Part shown: piece by piece, positions 9,007-19,816 of the stretch
How the letters are laid out: each line of letters starts with the position of its first letter
Numbering within the stretch: the stretch's first letter is position 1
Assembly (NCBI GenBank): GCA_017458065.1
Contig: JAFTGD010000065.1
Location: 17,957 to 81,956, forward strand
DNA from: Oscillospiraceae bacterium
GTDB lineage: Bacteria > Bacillota > Clostridia > Oscillospirales > Oscillospiraceae
Length of the DNA: 64,000 nt
Direction of reading: 5' to 3'
The notes under the pieces: generated by a model
What the model was told of the DNA's origin: nothing
Databases searched by the model: none
Seen by the model: only the letters and a program-made list of their open reading frames with translations
Program-made: the position numbers and the translations under genes

Positions 9007-10023
9007 TCAGTTTGTGGATTCCGGCTCAAAAAAGAGCTTAATCACCTGGGCGCGCAGCGCCTCTTCGTCGGGATAGAACTCGATATATTTCTCGCCCATC
9101 CGGGTTTCTCCGGGGACAGTCTCGATCCCGTTGAAGCGGTAACCATCAAGACGTTCGGCAAGCTGTGCCAGTTCATCGGTGATAAGATCAGAAGTGGCAT
9201 AATCATCCAGAGTATCCGCCAACGTAATGGCAAAGCGATCGCTCGCCCGAAGCTTTGCACTCAGCCGGTCATACAGCGCGGTGATATATTCTCTCTGCCG
9301 AGCCATACGGTTGATGTTGGTACCGTCGGTAACAGTAGTCCTGATCCGGACGAACCTCAGCGCCTGTTGGCCGTGCAGGGTTACGTCCCTGCCTTGGACA
9401 AAGTCCGGATCCATCGCAGTGAGATCATCTTCAATATGTACCGTGACACCCCCCACCAGATCGTTCAGTACCGGGATGGCTTCCATCGTCACGGCATAAT
9501 AGTGATCAACGGGTACGCCGCAGAGCAGGCGCGAAACAGCTTCCGCCACATTACGGCAGCTGTCCTTGCCCCCGGAACCGAAACTGTGGGCATTGTTGAG
9601 ATGAGCGGTTACGAAGCCGTCCGGATTGCCGTTCGAGTCCAGCCTGCGTATCTCCATATAGGTATCCCGGTTCAGGTGCAGCAGAGAATACTCCTCGTTT
9701 GTACGGTCCGCGATCATCAGCATAATGAAATCCGCCTGCTTGTTGTTCAGGTTTTTATCCTCGTACCGGAACTCAGACTCCAGGGTTTCATCCGTGCCCA
9801 TAATCAGGTAGGTAGTGATATCGTCCCGGAGCTGATAAGTGACACCGTCAGATTCCAGGGTGATCTTCTCGATTTCGGGATCAGTCAGGTCGGAGGTCCG
9901 TTTCCGGTCTTCCGCCCGCTCCCAGAGAGATAGGCCGACAAAGCCGGCTGCAAGCACTATGACAAAAAGCAGCAGAACCCATATTTTGGTTTTTCTTCTG
10001 TGATGTCTCATGCGTATCCCCAT
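9007..10023 (-). CDS. LytR-CpsA-Psr (LCP) family glycopolymer ligase
   Basis: 338 aa with an N-terminal TM anchor and an LCP core (TYLIMGTDE..ADFIMLMIADRTN..LLHLNRDTYMEI). ATG 10011 is the more likely start because GGAGA abuts the first ATG. Confidence 0.85.
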   Translation of the reverse strand: MGIRMRHHRRKTKIWVLLLFVIVLAAGFVGLSLWERAEDRKRTSDLTDPEIEKITLESDGVTYQLRDDITTYLIMGTDETLESEFRYEDKNLNNKQADFIMLMIADRTNEEYSLLHLNRDTYMEIRRLDSNGNPDGFVTAHLNNAHSFGSGGKDSCRNVAEAVSRLLCGVPVDHYYAVTMEAIPVLNDLVGGVTVHIEDDLTAMDPDFVQGRDVTLHGQQALRFVRIRTTVTDGTNINRMARQREYITALYDRLSAKLRASDRFAITLADTLDDYATSDLITDELAQLAERLDGYRFNGIETVPGETRMGEKYIEFYPDEEALRAQVIKLFFEPESTN

Positions 10024-10046
10024 TCTCCGCCTTAATCGCTGAACAG

Positions 10047-10068
10047 CCCGGCGACCGAAATCGCCGGG
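10047..10068 (-). other. GC-rich hairpin between the acidic protein gene and the LCP gene
   Basis: CCCGGCGA-CCGAAA-TCGCCGGG is an 8-bp stem. No U-run follows on either strand, so its role is unclear. It could be an attenuator, a processing site or a weak terminator. Confidence 0.3.
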
Positions 10069-10096
10069 CCGACAGCCGGTTTCATAAAGTTATATC

Positions 10097-10594
10097 TCAG
10101 CCGACCTCAGACTCATCCTGAGAGGGAGCAACGACAGCAGGAACTGCAGCTGCTTTCTCTGCGGAAAAGGCCTTTACGAGAAGCGTCTTGGTGGCTTCGT
10201 CATAGCAGAAGCTGTCCGTAGTAACGGTAGCGGCTTCCTCAACCTCGGCAACCAGTGCGTCAAAGTCTTCGGCAGTGATCTCGGTCACTTCGGCGTCGTC
10301 AAAAGCAGCGACATCCTTGAGCAGCTCAACATCGCCGGCAGTGCTCACAGCCGTGATGGCGGCATCAGCAAAGACATCGTCCTCAAACTCTTCGACCGAA
10401 GCAGGCAGGACAACGCTCTCAAGATCCTTCATACCGGCAAAGGGTGCAGCCTCAACCTTGGTAATTCCGTCTGCAATGATCACGCATGCAACATCGAGAT
10501 CTTCCCATCCGGTCTTTGCGTCTTCTGCAAAAGCCATAACGCCGAGCGACGCGACCATGCAGAGTGCCAAAACAATTGCCAGAACCTTTTTCAT
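10097..10594 (-). CDS. secreted acidic protein with a single BspA-type leucine-rich repeat
   Basis: 165 aa. Signal peptide MKKVLAIVLALCMVASLGVMAFA/ED. The protein is very Asp/Glu/Ala/Val rich. The segment GITKVEAAPFAGMKDLESVVLPASVEEFEDDVF looks like one LRR_5 unit. Confidence 0.6.
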   Translation of the reverse strand: MKKVLAIVLALCMVASLGVMAFAEDAKTGWEDLDVACVIIADGITKVEAAPFAGMKDLESVVLPASVEEFEDDVFADAAITAVSTAGDVELLKDVAAFDDAEVTEITAEDFDALVAEVEEAATVTTDSFCYDEATKTLLVKAFSAEKAAAVPAVVAPSQDESEVG

Positions 10595-10622
10595 ACTTCA
10601 TTTCCTTCCTTTTTTTGAAATC

Positions 10623-10642
10623 TATGCAAAATGATTTGCATA
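10623..10642. promoter_or_regulatory. perfect inverted repeat TATGCAAA-ATGA-TTTGCATA
   Basis: Read directly. It has 8-bp arms and a 4-bp spacer, and lies in the 80-bp gap between cpsB and the acidic secreted protein gene, 29 nt upstream of the latter's ATG. Confidence 0.4.
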
Positions 10643-10674
10643 CAAAATAATGTGTTTCCGGAACCTGCTCCGGA

Positions 10675-11376
10675 TCATAAGCCGCCCTCCCACAGGAGCG
10701 TCTCCCCCAGCCGATCAATCTCACGCAAAGGCTCAGGACCAAGGTGTTTCTTGATCATGGCGACTGCTTCGTTCATCCGCGGCGGACGGGAAGACATGTT
10801 ATGGGCATCCGTACCGAGAAGATGGATCCTCCCCTCTTCCAAAAGCTTCAGTGCCTTGCGCCGCGAACGGAAGGGCAGGAAAAAGTCGGCATTGGACTGC
10901 ATCAGGATACCCAGGTCCAGGAATTCATCCCAGACGGAAACGGGCTGCTTGAAATAATACCGCTCAATATGAGCCATTATGATAGTATAATCCCCGCTGC
11001 GGGCCAGTTCCTTCACTTCGCGGATATAATACTCGCTCCAGGAGTCAAAAGGCATCTCCAGCAAAAGGATATTGGTCCCCTCCATACAGAGCTGCGGCAG
11101 CTCTTCCATATGGCTGATGCCGGGGAAGTAAAGTACTTCGGCGCCGAGAATAATCTCAGGGGCATCGTCCGGAAGTTCTGCAGACAAACGTTCCCATGCC
11201 TGCTCCCGTCGATAGAGGAAGCGCTGTGGGCTGCGCTGGGTGGCGTAAAAGTGAGAGCTTGCGACGACGGTATTGATATTCTGCTTGCGCATCGCCTTGA
11301 GCATCTGGATACTCATTTCTACATTTTTGCTGCCGTCGTCAATGCCGGGAAGAATATGGCTATGGAAATCGATCAT
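10675..11376 (-). CDS. CpsB/YwqE-type PHP-family protein-tyrosine phosphatase
   Basis: 233 aa. The N-terminus MIDFHSHILPGIDDGS, plus SSHFY and GTDAHN blocks, are the CpsB metal-binding motifs. ATGA overlap with the kinase gene. Confidence 0.9.
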   Translation of the reverse strand: MIDFHSHILPGIDDGSKNVEMSIQMLKAMRKQNINTVVASSHFYATQRSPQRFLYRREQAWERLSAELPDDAPEIILGAEVLYFPGISHMEELPQLCMEGTNILLLEMPFDSWSEYYIREVKELARSGDYTIIMAHIERYYFKQPVSVWDEFLDLGILMQSNADFFLPFRSRRKALKLLEEGRIHLLGTDAHNMSSRPPRMNEAVAMIKKHLGPEPLREIDRLGETLLWEGGL

Positions 11377-12245
11377 CCTTGAGCTTCCGTATCCTCTTTC
11401 TGATCGGCGCTGTCGTCGGTATCCCCCGCTTCGTCGCCGGCCGCATCCAGGAAGGCCTTTTTCTTGCTGCCGCTGGAGGAGGTATGTGACGCCTCGTAGC
11501 CATAGTCCGAGCCGTAGCCGTAGCCATAGCCGTACTTTTTGCTGTACTTACCGTAGGACTTGTAGCTGCCTTCGCCCACGGCCGCATCCGTCATGACAAA
11601 ACCGAGGAACTTCACGCCGAGCTTCTCCACTTGATACATGCAGTCGGCAAGCGCACGTCTGTCAGTGTAGTTCTGGCGGACAACACCGATGAGGCCGTCA
11701 GTCCATTTGGAGATGACCAATGCGTCCGTAACAATATTGACAGGCGGAAGGTCCAGGATGATCACATCAAAGATCTCCTGATAACGCTCCAGCAGGGTAT
11801 GCATTCTCTCTGAGCCAAGCAGCTCGGACGGGTTTGGCGGAATGTCTCCCGCGGGAAGAATATACCAGTTGTCAAAGTACCTTGACTTCCGTAGGCATGC
11901 CTGCTCCGAGCTCAGCCCGGCAATCAGATTGGACAGGCCGGGTGCCCCGTGAATCTCAAGCTTCGTGGATACACTGGGAAGACGCATATCGCCATCGACA
12001 AGCAGAACTCTTTTCCCGGACTGCGCAATGGTATACGCGATATTGACAGAGGTGGTGGACTTCCCTTCGCCGCGGACAGAACTCGTCACACCGATGACGT
12101 GGCAGTCCTTCTCAGGAAGGGAGAAGTTGAGATTCGTGCGGAGAAGCTTATAGGATTCCGCCGCGGCGAAGCTCAGATTATCGCAGACGAGACCGCTTTG
12201 CTTGTTCTTGCGGCCGGGCTTTGCAGCCAATTCCTTCTTCGCCAT
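11373..12245 (-). CDS. CpsD/CapB-type BY-kinase (cytoplasmic tyrosine autokinase)
   Basis: 290 aa with Walker A GEGKST, A' VLLVDGDMR and Walker B IILDLPP. The C-terminal tyrosine cluster SYKSYGKYSKKYGYGYGYGSDYGY has 9 Tyr and is followed by a 40-aa acidic tail. Confidence 0.9.
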   Translation of the reverse strand: MAKKELAAKPGRKNKQSGLVCDNLSFAAAESYKLLRTNLNFSLPEKDCHVIGVTSSVRGEGKSTTSVNIAYTIAQSGKRVLLVDGDMRLPSVSTKLEIHGAPGLSNLIAGLSSEQACLRKSRYFDNWYILPAGDIPPNPSELLGSERMHTLLERYQEIFDVIILDLPPVNIVTDALVISKWTDGLIGVVRQNYTDRRALADCMYQVEKLGVKFLGFVMTDAAVGEGSYKSYGKYSKKYGYGYGYGSDYGYEASHTSSSGSKKKAFLDAAGDEAGDTDDSADQKEDTEAQG

Positions 12246-13003
12246 CAGCTGACGCCCCCCTTCTTCGCCGGCGATGCATAGTAGCCGTATTTCTTGGAGG
12301 TTTTGGCAGTCAGGTCAGGGATCGTCGCCAGAACAGGAACCTGGTAATTCTGGAGGAGGTAATCCTCGCTGTGAATCACATTGTCCGTATAGGCGGTAAG
12401 CAGGACGATACCTGCGCAAAGCACCATGCCCATAAGCAGGCCGATGGCCGCGTACTTGATATAGCTGGGGGAAACGCGCTGATGCGGCGTAACCGCATAG
12501 TCGACAATCTCGACAGAGCTATTGGCAACAATGTCAGAGATCTTGTCCGGCAATATGTTTGCAATGGTATTGGCAAGCGTTCTTGCTTCCTCCGGACTGG
12601 TCGATGTGACCGTCACCTGGAACAGACCTGTAGAGTTCACCGCCTTGGCGGAAATCATTTCCCGCAGTTCTTCATAGGTATAGTCTACACCGCTTTGGCT
12701 GATAACCAGCTCCATATTGGCACGGGACTGGAGAATCGCGACATAAGTATCGACCAGGTCAGAGGCGGCACTGAGTTCACCCGTACTGATCGCGACCGCG
12801 CTCGACAAAGAGAAGGTGCTGTTGTTGACATAGAAGAGGGCATTCGCCTCATACTTGGGGGTTTTGAAAAACCTTGCGTATCCAAAAAGCAGTGCCGCAA
12901 ACATGATACCCACCAGCATGATCGGCACAACCTGTTTCCAGAGAACACGGATAACCTCCAACAGGTCGATATATTCTTCCTGGTCCTGATCTTTCTTAAT
13001 CAT
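12245..13003 (-). CDS. CpsC/YwqC-type Wzz-domain kinase modulator (chain-length determinant)
   Basis: 252 aa with TM helices at both ends (VVPIMLVGIMFAALLFGYA and AAIGLLMGMVLCAGIVLLTAY) around a Wzz-like loop. TGATG overlap with the kinase gene. Confidence 0.85.
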   Translation of the reverse strand: MIKKDQDQEEYIDLLEVIRVLWKQVVPIMLVGIMFAALLFGYARFFKTPKYEANALFYVNNSTFSLSSAVAISTGELSAASDLVDTYVAILQSRANMELVISQSGVDYTYEELREMISAKAVNSTGLFQVTVTSTSPEEARTLANTIANILPDKISDIVANSSVEIVDYAVTPHQRVSPSYIKYAAIGLLMGMVLCAGIVLLTAYTDNVIHSEDYLLQNYQVPVLATIPDLTAKTSKKYGYYASPAKKGGVS

Positions 13004-14142
13004 GGAGTTTCTTCCGCCTTCCCGGACTGCCCGACGCCATACATCGCATACGTATTGCTGATCTTTTCATCGAGAGCCGCAATCTGCCGATCCATCTCGG
13101 CTTCCTTCTGCTGCATCTCCCATTTCAGGAGAACGTTCTCGTCCAACGTCTCCCGATGCAGCGACAACGCCTTATCCACACTCACCGAACGGAATTTCGG
13201 CAGCAGAAGCTGCTGAGCCGGAGTCAGCGTGTCCAGATACATCTCATGCAGGACCTCGGGATCATTGGTGTCCACATAGATGTTGGGCGTAGGTCCCACC
13301 TGTTCAAAGTCTGCCAGAAGATCCTCTGCATAGAGAAGCTCTTTCCAGCTGTCGAGTACCTCGGTAAAGTCCTTCTTCTCCTGGCTCTCAACATTCTTGT
13401 TCTTGGTCTTGTCCCAGATCTCGTTCAGCGTCATGACCAGGACAAGGTTTGCGCCGTCCGTGCGCCCGAGGAGCTCAAGATCCGCAGTCGACCCGGTGTA
13501 GCCCCAGGTCATGGCGCCGGTCCTCCAAAGCGGAGCGCTTACATCGGTAACGGTATTGCTGCGTCCGTCGGAGGCATTGACAATCACAGTCTGGATGCCG
13601 CACTCGATGAGTTCTTCATCCATCGTTTCGCTGCTGTACTCATTATTCGGGAAATACACCGCTGTCGGAACAGGCAGATCCATCTGTGTGAGATTGCGTT
13701 CCAAAGCGCTGAACCAATAGCTGAAAGAACCGCCGACGTTCTCATACTTCACGCAGAGGCCCCAGCCGTCCGCCACCAACGTACGGATCTGATCCGCGGT
13801 AAGCTTGTTATAACTACCCGGGGTTTCCACAAAAGAGACAGGAAGCACACCGACGATATCGCGGCTGCGCATGACAGGCCAGACATCAGTAAAGATCTGC
13901 GCGTCCAACGTCTGGAAAAGGATCTCGACCGTACCATAGTCTCTCATTTTCAGAGCATAATCCGTCTCCAGGCTGCTCTTCTCCAGAAGAAGCGCCTCGC
14001 GCTCGCGCTCCAGAGGCTCGACCTCGGTATATAAGCTGCGCATCCGCTCGTCATCTTCGTGCTCGGTCTTCAGCAGGTAATACCCACCGGCGCCGAGCAT
14101 GGCGAGGATCAGGAGCAGCGCAATGGCTTTACGAAATGACAT
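13000..14142 (-). CDS. membrane-anchored protein of unknown function (first gene of the EPS operon)
   Basis: 380 aa. It has an N-terminal TM helix (AIALLLILAMLGAGGYYLL), charged coiled-coil-like stretches at both ends and a central alpha/beta-looking domain. ATGA overlap with cpsC supports real translation. I recognise no family signature. Confidence 0.6.
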   Translation of the reverse strand: MSFRKAIALLLILAMLGAGGYYLLKTEHEDDERMRSLYTEVEPLEREREALLLEKSSLETDYALKMRDYGTVEILFQTLDAQIFTDVWPVMRSRDIVGVLPVSFVETPGSYNKLTADQIRTLVADGWGLCVKYENVGGSFSYWFSALERNLTQMDLPVPTAVYFPNNEYSSETMDEELIECGIQTVIVNASDGRSNTVTDVSAPLWRTGAMTWGYTGSTADLELLGRTDGANLVLVMTLNEIWDKTKNKNVESQEKKDFTEVLDSWKELLYAEDLLADFEQVGPTPNIYVDTNDPEVLHEMYLDTLTPAQQLLLPKFRSVSVDKALSLHRETLDENVLLKWEMQQKEAEMDRQIAALDEKISNTYAMYGVGQSGKAEETP

Positions 14143-14266
14143 ATAAACATAACTCCGAAAAAGAATAATAAATCAGGTGCAGGACATTGTTGGACAGTTC
14201 GAAGAGTGGAGCTCAGTACACCAGACGAGTCTCTCACGTTACAATTCAGTTAGTTTTACTTTTCGT

Positions 14267-14295
14267 ATACTATCACATTTCTTTTGATCATGCAA
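14267..14295 (-). promoter_or_regulatory. candidate promoter of the EPS operon
   Basis: The minus strand reads TTGCAT (14295-14290), a 17-nt spacer, then TGaTAGTAT, an extended -10 (14272-14267). It sits in a 300-bp AT-rich gap, leaving a leader of about 115 nt to ATG 14142. Confidence 0.5.
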
Positions 14296-14361
14296 GAGTT
14301 AATTACGATAAAAAAATGCTTTCTTTTCCACTTTTTTTGTTAAATGTCATAGGAGGGACTA

Positions 14362-14370
14362 CCCCCCCCC
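14362..14370. repeat. C9 (G9 on the coding strand) homopolymer tract
   Basis: Read directly as a+ccccccccc at 14361-14370. It is the only G/C homopolymer of 8 nt or more that I noticed in the window, and lies about 67 nt upstream of the predicted -35. Confidence 0.9.
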
Positions 14371-14440
14371 ATTTCCTGAACTTCTTTTTCAGCTTCATGT
14401 GGTCAATTTGTCATTTTCTCTCTTTTATGCACGGCATCCG

Positions 14441-14474
14441 TGAAAATCCCCCCGGGAGCCGAAGCCCCCAGGGG
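14441..14474 (-). terminator. intrinsic terminator of ppdK
   Basis: The minus strand reads CCCCTGGGGGC-TTCG-GCTCCCGGGGGG followed by ATTTTCA. That is an 11-bp stem with 2 G-U pairs and a TTCG tetraloop, 28 nt after the stop. Confidence 0.75.
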
Positions 14475-14501
14475 TCTCGTGCAGGTCATGCTGTATGATT
14501 C

Positions 14502-17360
<2,859 letters not shown>

Positions 17361-17405
17361 TGTCATAATCCTTTCCACTTCATTAAAATCAAACTTAAAA
17401 TTTCT

Positions 17406-17434
17406 ATTTTAGGCCAAGGAATAATTTACCACAA
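17406..17434 (-). promoter_or_regulatory. candidate ppdK promoter
   Basis: The minus strand reads TTGTGG, a 17-nt spacer, then TAAAAT, about 45 nt upstream of ATG 17360. Confidence 0.4.
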
Positions 17435-17462
17435 AACAGGGGGAGGAATCAATGCATTTTCC

Positions 17463-18335
17463 TCACAAATCGACATTTCCAAAATTGCCAATTTCGTTGC
17501 TGATTCTTGCAAATTCCACAAGATTCAGCTTTTCACCCCGGATATTTGTGTCCAAATCGCAAAGTTTGAGAATTCTTTCACAGTCGGGTTTCGTAAGTCC
17601 GGGGACGGCGGCGCTCAGCGCGTTGACAAGCGTTTTGCGCCGCTGGTTGAAGGCGGCCCGGATGATGCGGAACATCAGCTCCTCATCCCGGACCTCCGCG
17701 GGCGGGGCCGGACGGCGCTGCAGACGGATCACCGCCGAGGTCACCTTCGGCTGGGGCATGAAGCAGTGCGGCGGCACTGTGAAGAGCAGCTCCGGCTCGC
17801 AGTACCACCGGACCAGCAGGCTGAAGGCGCCGTAGTCCTTCTTCCCCGGGGCGGCGCAGATCCGCTCGGCCACTTCTTTCTGGATCATGACGCAGATGCG
17901 GTCAAAGGCCTTCGTGCGGATCAGGGCTGTCAGCAGCGGGGTGGTAATGTTATAGGGGAGATTTGCGCAGACCAGCTTTGTGGGCAGGGTCAGCTTCTCG
18001 CGGATCAGGGCATCGAGGTCCAGCTTCATCACGTCGGCGAAGAGGATCTCGGTGTTGTCCCGGCCGGAGAGGGTCTCCTTCAAAAGGGGCTGAAGACTGC
18101 GGTCCAGCTCGACGGAGAGCACCTGTCCCGCCCGATCAGAGAGCTCGGCTGTGAGGCAGCCGATGCCGGGGCCGATCTCCAGCACGGCGCAGTCCCGGTC
18201 GGCCTGCACGCTATCGGCGATGCGGCGTGGGACAGAGGCGTCGATGAGGAAGTTCTGCCCCATGGATTTGGAAAAGCGAAACCCGTGTGCGTCCAGAAGA
18301 CGCCGGATCTCGCTCGGGTCGGTCAGATTGTTCAT
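17463..18335 (-). CDS. rsmA: 16S rRNA (adenine1518-N6/adenine1519-N6)-dimethyltransferase
   Basis: 290 aa with KSMGQNFLID, the SAM motif VLEIGPGIG and NLPYNITTP, all KsgA/RsmA hallmarks. Confidence 0.95.
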   Translation of the reverse strand: MNNLTDPSEIRRLLDAHGFRFSKSMGQNFLIDASVPRRIADSVQADRDCAVLEIGPGIGCLTAELSDRAGQVLSVELDRSLQPLLKETLSGRDNTEILFADVMKLDLDALIREKLTLPTKLVCANLPYNITTPLLTALIRTKAFDRICVMIQKEVAERICAAPGKKDYGAFSLLVRWYCEPELLFTVPPHCFMPQPKVTSAVIRLQRRPAPPAEVRDEELMFRIIRAAFNQRRKTLVNALSAAVPGLTKPDCERILKLCDLDTNIRGEKLNLVEFARISNEIGNFGNVDL

Positions 18336-18511
18336 CGGCTGCGAAGCCAGCGGAGCCAGTTGCCGACGACCGCCACAAGGGCCAGAGACACCAGAAGAAC
18401 GTTCATCTCGGTTTTCAGGCCGGTGCCGCGCGCGATCAGGACGATCGCAAAGACCGCGATCAGCGTCCAGAAGATGGCCATCACCAGAGTAAAAATACGG
18501 GTCCGTTTCAT
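18332..18511 (-). CDS. small two-TM membrane protein (59 aa)
   Basis: Hand-found and below the track cutoff: MKRTRIFTLVMAIFWTLIAVFAIVLIARGTGLKTEMNVLLVSLALVAVVGNWLRWLRSR. Its ATG overlaps the trmD stop (ATGA) and its stop overlaps the rsmA ATG (ATGA). Both overlaps argue for translational coupling. Confidence 0.6.
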   Translation of the reverse strand: MKRTRIFTLVMAIFWTLIAVFAIVLIARGTGLKTEMNVLLVSLALVAVVGNWLRWLRSR

Positions 18512-19812
18512 TGCTTTTTCTCCTTCAGCAGTTTCTCATAGCACTGTCGCGCCGGGTCATGGCCGGGCTCAGTGTCCAGGTCGGCGTTGCCGCGGTAGCG
18601 GTAGCCCGTCTCCCGCAGCAGGCGCAGGGCGGGTTTGTTCTTCCGGTGCGTGGCGGTGCGGATGCTGCGGCGCCCCAGGGCGCGGGTCCGGTCCTCGGCG
18701 AGGCGCAGCAGGGCCTCCGCGAGGCCGCTGCCCCGGTAGGCGGCGGCGACCGCCGCATGCCGCAGGACCGCATAAGAGGGGGGCTCGGACCACCTGCCGT
18801 CCCGGATGCCGTCGTAGCCGGGCTCGGGATTGACGCTCAGGGTGAAGAAAGCCGCCGTCTCGCCGCCATGCAGCACGAGGAAGCACTCCCCTGCCGCAAT
18901 CTCGCGGCGAAAGTCCTCCTCCGCGGGGTACGTGCCCTGCCACTGGTCGACGCCGTGGCGGGCGAGGCTCCGCCGTGCCTCCTCCCGGATCTGCAGGAGG
19001 CATGGGAGGTCCTCTTCCCCCGCCGGGCGGCAGGTGACGGGATCGGTCAGGCGCTTTTTCTTCTCCGCGCGGCGGAGCTCCTTCAGGAGGGCGCGGTCCT
19101 CGTCCGTCGCGGGCTCGAAGGCCCGGAACAGATCGGGGCGCTTGTCCCTCGTCCGCTCAAACTGCCTCAGGCGCCGCCAGCGCCCCACCTTCTCATGGTC
19201 GCCGTTTAAGAGCACTTCGGGTACCGCTCTCCCCTCCCAGGTCTCGGGCCGGGTGTACTGGGGGTACTCGAGCAGACCGTCCCAGTGGCTCTCGCCGATA
19301 TAACACTGCGGGTCGGACAGGACGCCCGGCACCAGCCGGCACACGGCGTCCGCCACCGCCATGGCGGCGATCTCGCCGCCGGTGAGCACAAAGTCGCCCA
19401 GGGAAATCTCCTCGTCGACGCAGGCCTCGATAAAGCGCTCGTCCACGCCCTCATAATGGCCGCAGACCAGCACCAGCTGGTCATAGTCCTGCCGGAGGCG
19501 TCTGGCGGTCGCCTGGGTGAAGGGCCTGCCCTGGGGCGAGAGATAGATTACCCGCCGGCGCAGATCCCCGCTCCCGGCCGTCGCAGCGTCGAGGCAGGCC
19601 TTCAGCGGCTGGGCCATCATGACGCAGCCGAAGCCGCCGCCGTAGGGATAGTCGTCCACCTGGCACTGGCGGTTCTCGGTATAATCGCGGATCTGCCAGC
19701 AGCGGATGTCGAGGATGCCCTTTCTGGCGGCGCGTCCAAGGATGCTCTCGTGCAGGACGGCGTCCACCGTCCCGGGGAAGAGCGTCAGGATATCGATACG
19801 CATCTCGGCCAT
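18508..19812 (-). CDS. trmD: tRNA (guanine37-N1)-methyltransferase fused to a C-terminal GNAT acetyltransferase domain
   Basis: 434 aa. Residues 1-~250 are TrmD (MRIDILTLFPG..., LSPQGRPF, LVCGHYEGVDERF, ISLGDFVLTGGE). Residues ~255-434 are a GNAT fold with acetyl-CoA motif A (YRGSGLAEALL). Confidence 0.9.
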   Translation of the reverse strand: MAEMRIDILTLFPGTVDAVLHESILGRAARKGILDIRCWQIRDYTENRQCQVDDYPYGGGFGCVMMAQPLKACLDAATAGSGDLRRRVIYLSPQGRPFTQATARRLRQDYDQLVLVCGHYEGVDERFIEACVDEEISLGDFVLTGGEIAAMAVADAVCRLVPGVLSDPQCYIGESHWDGLLEYPQYTRPETWEGRAVPEVLLNGDHEKVGRWRRLRQFERTRDKRPDLFRAFEPATDEDRALLKELRRAEKKKRLTDPVTCRPAGEEDLPCLLQIREEARRSLARHGVDQWQGTYPAEEDFRREIAAGECFLVLHGGETAAFFTLSVNPEPGYDGIRDGRWSEPPSYAVLRHAAVAAAYRGSGLAEALLRLAEDRTRALGRRSIRTATHRKNKPALRLLRETGYRYRGNADLDTEPGHDPARQCYEKLLKEKKQ

Positions 19813-19816
19813 GGCG

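Noticed and set aside
14187-14498. 103-aa plus-strand ORF in the AT-rich gap upstream of the EPS operon
   Set aside because: It spans the promoter, the C9 tract and the ppdK terminator hairpin. It has no RBS and odd composition, so the region is better explained as regulatory DNA.
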